A DNA stretch of 64,000 nucleotides from positions 54,497 through 118,496 of the forward strand of contig DATAXK010000025.1 of the NCBI GenBank assembly GCA_036266805.1, in the 5' to 3' direction. Positions 18,191-28,153 of this stretch are shown here, one piece after another. The notes under the pieces are model-generated. The model did no database searches and was not told the origin of the DNA. It saw nothing but the letters and a program-made list of their open reading frames with translations. This DNA comes from Solirubrobacteraceae bacterium (GTDB lineage Bacteria > Actinomycetota > Thermoleophilia > Solirubrobacterales > Solirubrobacteraceae). The first letter of the stretch is position 1, and every line of letters begins with the position of its first letter. The translations under genes and the position numbers were made by a program.

Positions 18191-18454
18191 ATGGCCTCGC
18201 CCCACGTAGACGTCGAGCAGCTCGAGCGCTTCCTCTTGCGCCGGGGCGTCGGCTCGCTCACCGCCGACCGCCACCGTTGCGCCGACTGCGAGCGCACGCC
18301 GCTCGTGGGCGAGCGCATACATGTGTACGAGCAGGCAAAAGGCATCGTCTGCGAGCTATGCCGCCAGCTGCGTCGTGGAGCGCCGCTTCAGAGCGAGATC
18401 GTCCGCCACAGCGAGCTCGGCCATACGGTGCGGCTGACCGCTCGCGCCGCCTGA
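18191..18454 (+). CDS. Small protein with CxxC...CxxC motifs
   Basis: CADC...CELC; start at ATG 18191 preferred over 18053. Confidence 0.65.
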   Translation: MASPHVDVEQLERFLLRRGVGSLTADRHRCADCERTPLVGERIHVYEQAKGIVCELCRQLRRGAPLQSEIVRHSELGHTVRLTARAA

Positions 18455-18559
18455 AAGACGGCTTCGGCGCGCGAATCTCGATGCATGCACCGCAGAGGGG
18501 GGTGTGAGCGCCGCGTCCAAGGCGCAAAACCGCCCCGCCAGTCATTAGACTGCCGCGCC

Positions 18560-19054
18560 GTGGACCCTCTCACCGTCTCGATCGTGATCAGCGCCCCGCG
18601 CGAGCAGGTGTTCGACTACCTGCAGGACATCGCCAACCACCCGGAGTTCACCGATCACTATCTGGTCGACTGGCACCTCACGCGTGAGGATTCGGTCGGT
18701 CGTGGCGCGGGCGCTCGTTTCCGCGTGAAGGCTCCAGGCAACCGCTTCAGCTGGGCCGACTCGACGTTCAGCGAGATCTCCCGCCCCCACCGTATCGTCG
18801 AGGTGGGTCGCACCGGCAAGACCAATCGGGTGCGCACACTCGGCGTCTACGAGCTCGCTCCCGCCGCCGGTGGAGCCACGCGCGTGCAGTTCACGCTGGA
18901 GACCGAGACGCACGTGCTGTCCGACCGGATCATGGAGGCGCTTGGCGGGCGTGCATGGCTGAAGCGCAAGAACGAGAAGGCCATGCGCCGCCTGCGCGCG
19001 ATCCTCGAGCGGGGCGAAGGCCGCGGAGAGCGCATCACCGTCGCCGGCGGATAA
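18560..19054 (+). CDS. SRPBCC (polyketide cyclase/dehydrase-like) family protein
   Basis: VSIVISAPREQVFDYLQD, GAGARF, C-terminal helix AMRRLRAILE; TAGACT 8 nt before GTG. Confidence 0.85.
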   Translation: MDPLTVSIVISAPREQVFDYLQDIANHPEFTDHYLVDWHLTREDSVGRGAGARFRVKAPGNRFSWADSTFSEISRPHRIVEVGRTGKTNRVRTLGVYELAPAAGGATRVQFTLETETHVLSDRIMEALGGRAWLKRKNEKAMRRLRAILERGEGRGERITVAGG

Positions 19055-19067
19055 ACTGCCCGCTCGC

Positions 19068-19730
19068 ATGACTCCCCGCCCAGCCAACAGCCTCTTCCGT
19101 GCTCGCCTGCGCACCCTCGTCCGTCGGCCCTCCTCGATGCCTGCACGCTCGTTGGGCAAGCTCGCGCCGCTGGCGGTTCTGTTGGTGTCGATGCTGGCGC
19201 TCAGCGCTTGCTCTGACAACTCTCATACCCGCGTAACGACCGGAACCTACGCCGGCGAGTCCGGCCAGAACGCTCCATACCTGAACGTTGGCCCGCTGAT
19301 CTACGAGGTTCAGCTCTCGCGCGAGCTCAACCCCTACGACACGGAAGACTCCACCTACTTGAGCGGCCTGACACCCGCCCAGCGAAAGCTTGCCCCAGGC
19401 GAAGAGTGGTTTGCGGTCTTCCTGCAGGTCTACAACGAAAGCTCGGCCCCTCATGTGGCCACCACGAACATCTCGATCAGCGATACCCAGGAAAACGTGT
19501 ACACGCCGATCGCCCCGGCCCTGACTAACGAATTCGCCTACCGGGGCGGGCTCATCCCTCCCAAAGGCCGCATTCCGGCGCTCGACACGACTGCTGCCAA
19601 TGGGCCGACGCAGGGCGCCCTGGTGCTGTTCAAGATCAAGATCGTCTCGCTCGACAACCGCCCGATCGAGATCAAGTTCGTGGATCCGCTCAACCCGGCG
19701 GAGACGGCCTCCGCCGAGCTCGACGTTTAG
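19068..19730 (+). CDS. Lipoprotein of unknown function
   Basis: Lipobox LALSAC; beta-rich body; start could be 19137. Confidence 0.72.
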   Translation: MTPRPANSLFRARLRTLVRRPSSMPARSLGKLAPLAVLLVSMLALSACSDNSHTRVTTGTYAGESGQNAPYLNVGPLIYEVQLSRELNPYDTEDSTYLSGLTPAQRKLAPGEEWFAVFLQVYNESSAPHVATTNISISDTQENVYTPIAPALTNEFAYRGGLIPPKGRIPALDTTAANGPTQGALVLFKIKIVSLDNRPIEIKFVDPLNPAETASAELDV

Positions 19731-19827
19731 GGTGGGCTGTCTCCGGATGCTCCCGACGGTTGGGGTTCTGTAGTCCCGAAGTTGCGTCCCGTTGAGCCTA
19801 GTCTTTTTGGGCTACGGAGTAGCCGTC

Positions 19828-21606
19828 TCAGCGCAAGCCGGCTTCGAGCACCTGTTTGGCCAGCGGCGCGGCCGTTTCCCCGCCGGCGCCGTCTTTCACG
19901 AGCAACACCCCGACGGCGATCCTTGGGTGTATGGCCGGCGCGAACGCGGCAAACCAGGCGTCGGTGTTCTGTGGATCGTCGTTTCCGGTAGAGCAGTCTT
20001 CGTCCGCCTCCTTTTCGCTTTCTTTTTCGTTTTCTCCGCTCGTCTGGGGTTCGCCGCCTTCAGATCTGTGTTCGCTTTTGCTGGGGCAGGCCGGCACGCC
20101 CAGTTCGGCGGTACCGGTCTTGCCGGCTACGACAACTCCGGGAATGGCGGCCGCGGTACCTGTCCCTTCGCGCACCACTCCGATCATCAAGTGCCGCACG
20201 GTGCGCGCGGTGGCGGCGCTCATTACGCGCACGGGCATGGAAGGTAGCGCTTCGAACGTGGGGGTAGGGCGCCTGCCGCCGTCGCCCACGGTCGCCGCGA
20301 TCCTCACCATCTGTAGCGCCGATGCCTGTACTTGTCCCTGCCCGATCGATGTCGATCCGAGGTCCAGTTCGCCCTGGATCTGGCTTGCCTGTGGCAGCGT
20401 GCTTTCGACCGCACCGGGGAGCCCGGGCGAATGGTTGAAACCAAAGCGCTCAGCTGTCGCCACGAGCCGATTGGCGCCGACCTTCACCCCAAGCGGGGCG
20501 AACACCGAGTTGCACGACACCGCGAAGGCAAGCGCCAAGCTGCCACCGCAGTCCTCGCCGTTGGCGTTTTCCAGCTTTACTCCGTCCAGCGTCGCCGACG
20601 TGGCGTAGGGGAACACGCTTTTCAGGCTCGCCACTTTGGCTTCCAAGGCGGCAGTGACGGTCACCATCTTGAAGGTCGAGCCCGGCGGCTGCAGATCGTC
20701 GATGCCGAGGCCCGCCACCGCGAGTATCTCCCCGCTCGCGGGATCCATCGCCACGACCCCGCCAAGCTGTCCGCCAAGCGCTTCCGCGGCAACGCGCTGC
20801 AGGGTTGGGGAGATCGTGGTGTGTACAGCTGGGCTTGGCTTCGGCGGCACGCTCGCAAGCACGTGTTCGCCCGCAAGCAGCTGTCCGCCTGGCGTCCCGC
20901 GTAGTTGACTGTCGAGCGCCAGCTCCAGGCCACTGGTGCCGACGATCGCCGCGTCCGGTACGCCGTGAGCTTCCAATTCGCTCACGCGAGCGCTGGGCAC
21001 GGGCCCGACCTCTCCGACGACCCCCGCGGCCGCCGCGCCGAGCGGCGAGTCGCGCGCGCCGGCCGCGGTTGCCGGCCCGTCGGCCAGCACCGAGCCGTCG
21101 CGCGCCAGCAGCGTGGCGCGCGAGGGCATCGTCATGCGCCTGCTCAGCGACTCGCCCGCCGGCAGCCCGGGAAAGACGAGCGAGTGCGACCAGATCACAC
21201 GCGGGCCGCCGGCGCCGTCTTCGACGTTCAGGAGCAGTCTCTCTTTGAGCTTCCCCCAGATTCGCGTGTTCACAAGCATCGGCACCGAGATCGCTCCATG
21301 CGCGCCTTCGCGGGCGGAACCCACAACGGCCAAGCTGGTCTCGGTCGCCGTACGCGCGGCCGCACGGTAGGCGCCGGCGAACGTGCTCGCGGGGATGCGT
21401 CGCCGCGAGGCTTCGTCGACGTCTTCGTACATGGACGCGTAGTCGCTGTGCGTCCAAGCGTGAGCGAACCGCTCGGCCAGCCCCAGCTGAGGCGAGCCGC
21501 CATGACCGGAGCCGACGACCGCGCCTACGAGAAATGCGATCGCGGCAAGGGCGATCACCGGCGTCGCTCGTCGCGCCCGCAGCCGGCGGTCGTGGGAGGT
21601 GTTCAC
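19828..21606 (-). CDS. Class B-like penicillin-binding transpeptidase with NTF2/MecA_N-like N-domain
   Basis: N-terminal TM; SxxK (GSTFK), SxN (SCN), KTG (GKTGTAE); TACCGT 8 nt before GTG. Confidence 0.88.
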   Translation of the reverse strand: MNTSHDRRLRARRATPVIALAAIAFLVGAVVGSGHGGSPQLGLAERFAHAWTHSDYASMYEDVDEASRRRIPASTFAGAYRAAARTATETSLAVVGSAREGAHGAISVPMLVNTRIWGKLKERLLLNVEDGAGGPRVIWSHSLVFPGLPAGESLSRRMTMPSRATLLARDGSVLADGPATAAGARDSPLGAAAAGVVGEVGPVPSARVSELEAHGVPDAAIVGTSGLELALDSQLRGTPGGQLLAGEHVLASVPPKPSPAVHTTISPTLQRVAAEALGGQLGGVVAMDPASGEILAVAGLGIDDLQPPGSTFKMVTVTAALEAKVASLKSVFPYATSATLDGVKLENANGEDCGGSLALAFAVSCNSVFAPLGVKVGANRLVATAERFGFNHSPGLPGAVESTLPQASQIQGELDLGSTSIGQGQVQASALQMVRIAATVGDGGRRPTPTFEALPSMPVRVMSAATARTVRHLMIGVVREGTGTAAAIPGVVVAGKTGTAELGVPACPSKSEHRSEGGEPQTSGENEKESEKEADEDCSTGNDDPQNTDAWFAAFAPAIHPRIAVGVLLVKDGAGGETAAPLAKQVLEAGLR

Positions 21607-21624
21607 AGCTCGGGACGGTAGAAC

Positions 21625-22782
21625 ATGAGCATGACGCGGCTCGACTGGATCATCGTGGGATTCGCCGTCCTGCTTGGGCTGTTCGGGTTTCGACGGGGCT
21701 TCATCGTTGCTGTGCTCTCCTTCGGCGGCTTCGCCCTTGGTTCATTCATCGGAACGCGGCTGGGTCCTCTACTGCTCTCCCAGGGTTCTGCTTCGCCGTA
21801 TGCACCGGCATTCGGGCTGGTTGGCGCGCTGCTCGCGGGCGCGATCCTGGCCACTGGCTTCGAGGGGGTGGGCTTCAGGCTGCGTCGCACGCTCGTCCTG
21901 CCTGGGCTGGGCATGCTCGACGGCGTGCTCGGCGCCCTGCTCAGCGCGGCGCTCGGTTTGGCGATCGCTTGGATCCTCGCCGCGGTGGTGGTGCAGACGG
22001 CGGGCACGACCCAGCTGCGCGCCGACATCCAGCGCTCACAGATCTTGCGCGAGCTCGATCAACTGCTGCCGCCCAGCGGGCCGATCTTGAACGTGCTCGC
22101 AAGCCTCGATCCGCTGCCGTCGATCGCCGGTCCGGTTCCAGAGGCCGCGCCGCCGTCGCGCGCGATCGACCGGGAGCCGGGAGTACGTATCGCCGCGCGC
22201 GGCGTCGTGCGTGTGCTCGGCACTGCCTGCGGCTTGGCGATCGAGGGGTCTGGCTGGGTGGCGCGGCCTGGCGTAGTGGTCACCAACGCGCATGTGGTCG
22301 CGGGCGAGCACGACACGACCGTCGAGGTTGGGGGAGACGAACCGGAGCTCTCGGCCTACGCGATCGCCTTCGACCCCACCGACGACATCGCGATCCTGCG
22401 TGTGCCTGGCCTCGACCTGCCGTCGCTTGCGCTCGTCCCCAATCCAGCCCCGGGCAGCGCGGGTGCGATCTTGGGCTACCCGGAGGACGGCCCGTTCGAC
22501 CCGCAACCCGGGCGCATCGGCACGACACAGAAGATCATCACCGACGACGCCTACGGCCGCGGCCCGGTCTCGCGACTGCTGACGCCGCTGCGCGGCCTGG
22601 TGCGCCCGGGCAACTCAGGCGGTCCGCTGGTCAATCGTCAAGGACGTGTGCTGACCACGGTATTCGCGAGCACCACGGGCGGTGGCCCCGCCGGTGGCTA
22701 TGGCGTTGCCAACGCGACTGTCGCCCAGGTGCTGGCGGGGGCGGGCCACATGGTGGGCACGGGGGAATGCAGCTCCGGCTGA
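21625..22782 (+). CDS. marP: MarP family serine protease (CvpA-like TM domain plus trypsin domain)
   Basis: Four N-terminal TMs; TNAHVV, DIAIL, GNSGGP triad; start 21625 or 21631. Confidence 0.85.
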   Translation: MSMTRLDWIIVGFAVLLGLFGFRRGFIVAVLSFGGFALGSFIGTRLGPLLLSQGSASPYAPAFGLVGALLAGAILATGFEGVGFRLRRTLVLPGLGMLDGVLGALLSAALGLAIAWILAAVVVQTAGTTQLRADIQRSQILRELDQLLPPSGPILNVLASLDPLPSIAGPVPEAAPPSRAIDREPGVRIAARGVVRVLGTACGLAIEGSGWVARPGVVVTNAHVVAGEHDTTVEVGGDEPELSAYAIAFDPTDDIAILRVPGLDLPSLALVPNPAPGSAGAILGYPEDGPFDPQPGRIGTTQKIITDDAYGRGPVSRLLTPLRGLVRPGNSGGPLVNRQGRVLTTVFASTTGGGPAGGYGVANATVAQVLAGAGHMVGTGECSSG

Positions 22783-22783
22783 G

Positions 22784-23611
22784 TCAGGCGGTGGAGGGGC
22801 GAGTCCGGGGACGTGTACGCGGCGCCCTTCGCTCCTGTGCGGGCTTGGAGGGCGTGGCCCGCGGCTCGGCGTCGCTCACGCTCTGTCGCTCCGCCGCGAC
22901 GGCGTTTCTCTTATCCGCGGGGGTTTGGAACAGCGGCTCGGCGGCGGCTATGCGGCGGACGAGCTCCATGCGCACGCGCTCCAGCTCCTCGACGCTCAGC
23001 AGGCGCGGACCGGCATGCCTGGATGGTTTGCTGGGCGCGGGAATCAAGCCCGGATGGCTGGACTGGATCTCTGAAAGGGTTTGCTCGAGCGCTGCGATCT
23101 GAGCGCGCAGCTCGCGTCGGCGCTCACCGGCTTGGGTCGCCTCATCGGAGGCCGGCTCGGCCGTGACGTACAGGGCGGCGGCCACCTCGCGCGGGTCGAC
23201 GCCGGTGCGGCGCGCCTGGCGTGCGGCGTCCGCGGCTATCTGGCCGACGGCGGAAGGTTCCTGAGCGACGCTTGCCACGAACGTGCCGGTGCCCTGGCGG
23301 CTGTCGATCAACCCCTCCTGCTCCAAACGCTGGTAGACGGAGCGGGCGGTGTTGGCGTTGATCCCGAGCATCTCGGCAAGCTCACGCAGGCCGGGCAGCC
23401 GCCGTCCGGGCGCCAGCCGCCCGTCGCCGATCCGAGCGCGCAATGCCCATGCGAGCTGAACGCCGATTGGGATCTCTCCCGCGCGGTCGATCGTCAGGTC
23501 TTCGAGCTCGAGCTGAGCCGCCGGTGGCTGCCCTGAAACAAGGGGCTCTGACGCAAGCGTTTCAGTTGCCGCTTCTGACGCGTACGAGTCTGGGTGGTCG
23601 CGTCTTGCCAT
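22784..23611 (-). CDS. GntR family (YtrA-like) regulator with extended C-terminus
   Basis: PIGVQL...LPGLRELA...INANTARSVYQRLEQEGLIDSRQGTGTFV; TAGAAT 7 nt before ATG. Confidence 0.9.
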   Translation of the reverse strand: MARRDHPDSYASEAATETLASEPLVSGQPPAAQLELEDLTIDRAGEIPIGVQLAWALRARIGDGRLAPGRRLPGLRELAEMLGINANTARSVYQRLEQEGLIDSRQGTGTFVASVAQEPSAVGQIAADAARQARRTGVDPREVAAALYVTAEPASDEATQAGERRRELRAQIAALEQTLSEIQSSHPGLIPAPSKPSRHAGPRLLSVEELERVRMELVRRIAAAEPLFQTPADKRNAVAAERQSVSDAEPRATPSKPAQERRAPRTRPRTRPSTA

Positions 23612-23648
23612 GCGCTCAATTCTAGACGCTCACGGGCAAGAAACATAT

Positions 23649-23668
23649 TGTGCTAGTTAATTAGTACA
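23649..23668. promoter_or_regulatory. Putative GntR operator overlapping the -10 of the first yrbE gene
   Basis: AT-rich palindrome TGTGCTAGTTAATTAGTACA (8 of 10 pairs); TACACT at 23665-23670 is 6 nt before ATG 23677. Confidence 0.65.
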
Positions 23669-23676
23669 CTAGCGCT

Positions 23677-24606
23677 ATGGAAGGGTTGGGGTCTGGGGAA
23701 GTGGCCGGCGGTGACGCGTTGAGTGGTGCGCCAGGCGTAGGGCCGAACGGCGCGCTGAGCGATAGGCCCAGCGGCGCGCTGAGCGACGAGGCGAACCCGA
23801 CGGGTACAGGTCTTTTGCGACGAGCATTGCTCCCGGCTCGCAACGTGCTCGAGGAAGTGGGGGACATGATGATGCTCACGGGCCGCACTGTCGTGGCTAT
23901 CGTGAGGCCGCCTTATCCATATGGTGGCGAGTTCGTCTGGCAGTTCCTGTTCGCGTTGCGGATCTGCTGGCTGCCGTTGCTGCTGTCGACCTTCGCCCTC
24001 TCCTACGGCGCTGCGGGTCTGCAGGCGGCGAACTTCCTGCAGGTACTGGGCTCGGTCGATCGCTTGGGCGGCTTCTTCGTGTTGATCGTCGTGCGCGAAA
24101 TCGGCCCGCTGATCACGGCAACGATGCTTGCCGGGGCGGCCGGCACCGCGATCACCGCGGACCTGGGCGCGCGCAAGATCCGGGAGGAGCTCGACGCCCT
24201 CCAGGTGTTGGGCGTCGATCCCGTCAAGAATCTCGTGGTGCCGCGGTTCCTGGCGCTGATGCTCGTGACGGGCCTGTTCAATGTCTACGCGATCCTGTTC
24301 GGCATCTTCGGTGGGGTGCTTGCCACCATCGTCCACGGTGCGCCGCTGGGGCCTTTCTGGGCGACCTTCTTCAACAACACCTCGACTACTGACCTATGGG
24401 GCTCGACCCTGAAGACGGCCGTGTTCGGGGCGATCATCGCGATCATTTGCTGTTACAAGGGCATGACCGCCTCAGGCGGCGCCGAGGGCGTGGGACGCGC
24501 CGTCAACCAGGCCGTCGTGGCGTCCTTTCTCGCGTTCGGATCGTTCAACTACGCCTTCACGCAGCTATTGCTCGCGACACACCCCAACCTGATCGCGATC
24601 AAATGA
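23677..24606 (+). CDS. MlaE/YrbE family permease (YrbE-A-like)
   Basis: VREIGPLITA, DLGARKIREELDALQVLGVDP...VVPR, GAEGVGRAVN. Confidence 0.9.
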   Translation: MEGLGSGEVAGGDALSGAPGVGPNGALSDRPSGALSDEANPTGTGLLRRALLPARNVLEEVGDMMMLTGRTVVAIVRPPYPYGGEFVWQFLFALRICWLPLLLSTFALSYGAAGLQAANFLQVLGSVDRLGGFFVLIVVREIGPLITATMLAGAAGTAITADLGARKIREELDALQVLGVDPVKNLVVPRFLALMLVTGLFNVYAILFGIFGGVLATIVHGAPLGPFWATFFNNTSTTDLWGSTLKTAVFGAIIAIICCYKGMTASGGAEGVGRAVNQAVVASFLAFGSFNYAFTQLLLATHPNLIAIK

Positions 24607-24721
24607 ACCGCGGTTACACCCAAAAGGGGTCATGCCCCCGTGGGGGGCATGGGTTTGAGGAGTCGTGCGAGGAGGGGGCATGCCCCAAGGAGCACGGGTT
24701 TGGGCAGGAAGGGAGGATCAG

Positions 24722-25522
24722 ATGAACGAAGCTCTCATAGGCGCGCGCGAGTGGCTTGCCTCGGCGGGGGAGATCGCCAGCTTCACAGGTCGGATCGTGC
24801 GCGACGTATGGACGCTGCGTGTGCTGCGCTTCTTCGGCGAGGGGGTGCGTCAGGCGGGTCTCATGATCGTGTCTTCGACGGCGGTCCTGTGGATCATGAT
24901 CTTCATCATCGGCCTTGGTCCGTGCGGCATCCAGGGCGCCTACTTCGCCACGGCTCAGGGCGCGCCAAGCATCGCGGGGGCTTTTGCTGCCTGGTGCGAT
25001 CTGCGCGAGGCAATTCCCTATGCGTTCGGCTACATGATGGCGGCAAAGGTCGGTACAGGTATCGTCGCCGAGCTCGGTGCGATGCGCATCAACGATGAGA
25101 TCGACGCGCTGGAAGTGATGGGTGTCGATTCGATGGTGTTCCTTTGCGCCACGCGCTTGCTGGCGGCCTGGATGGTGCTGCCGTTCATGTACATCGCCGG
25201 AATCGGGATGGGCTACCTGGCCTCCTACATCGCGGTCGTCAAGCAGGTGGGAGCCGTTACCTCGGGCGGCTACCTGCTGATCTTCTGGCAGTACCAGAAC
25301 CCGGTGGATTACCTCTACAGCGTGATCAAGGCGATGTCGATGGCCACGGCTGTCGTGCTCGTGTCCTGTTACTACGGCTACAACGCCTCAGGCGGGCCGG
25401 TGGGGGTGGGCAGGGCTACGGCCAAGTCGATGGTGCTCAACCTGGTGCTCGTCACGATGGTCGGGATGCTCGGCACCGAGGTCTTCTGGGGTACCAGCCC
25501 GCGCACGCCGATCGGCGGTTGA
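24722..25522 (+). CDS. MlaE/YrbE family permease (YrbE-B-like)
   Basis: AELGAMRINDEIDALEVMG, GYNASGGPVGVGRAT; GGGAGG RBS before ATG 24722. Confidence 0.9.
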   Translation: MNEALIGAREWLASAGEIASFTGRIVRDVWTLRVLRFFGEGVRQAGLMIVSSTAVLWIMIFIIGLGPCGIQGAYFATAQGAPSIAGAFAAWCDLREAIPYAFGYMMAAKVGTGIVAELGAMRINDEIDALEVMGVDSMVFLCATRLLAAWMVLPFMYIAGIGMGYLASYIAVVKQVGAVTSGGYLLIFWQYQNPVDYLYSVIKAMSMATAVVLVSCYYGYNASGGPVGVGRATAKSMVLNLVLVTMVGMLGTEVFWGTSPRTPIGG

Positions 25523-25550
25523 GCGCGCACGGGCACCGGGTCGGGTGCCC

Positions 25551-25602
25551 CGGGTGGGTGGAGCGCGACGGGGGGTCGCTCATACGTCGCTTCACCCACC
25601 CG
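25551..25602. terminator. Long hairpin between yrbE-B and topB
   Basis: CGGGTGGGTGGAGCG...CGCTTCACCCACCCG inverted repeat. Confidence 0.55.
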
Positions 25603-25616
25603 CTACGCTGGGCGCC

Positions 25617-28031
<2,415 letters not shown>

Positions 28032-28153
28032 GGGCCGTGAGCCACAACGGTTTTTGCAGATGCCCCGCGCGCGCGGGGGGCCATCGCGGTTTTTTGCAAG
28101 TGTGAGCGAGCGTGCTGAACGGGCTCGTCGGGACGGTGCGCCAGGATGGCTGA

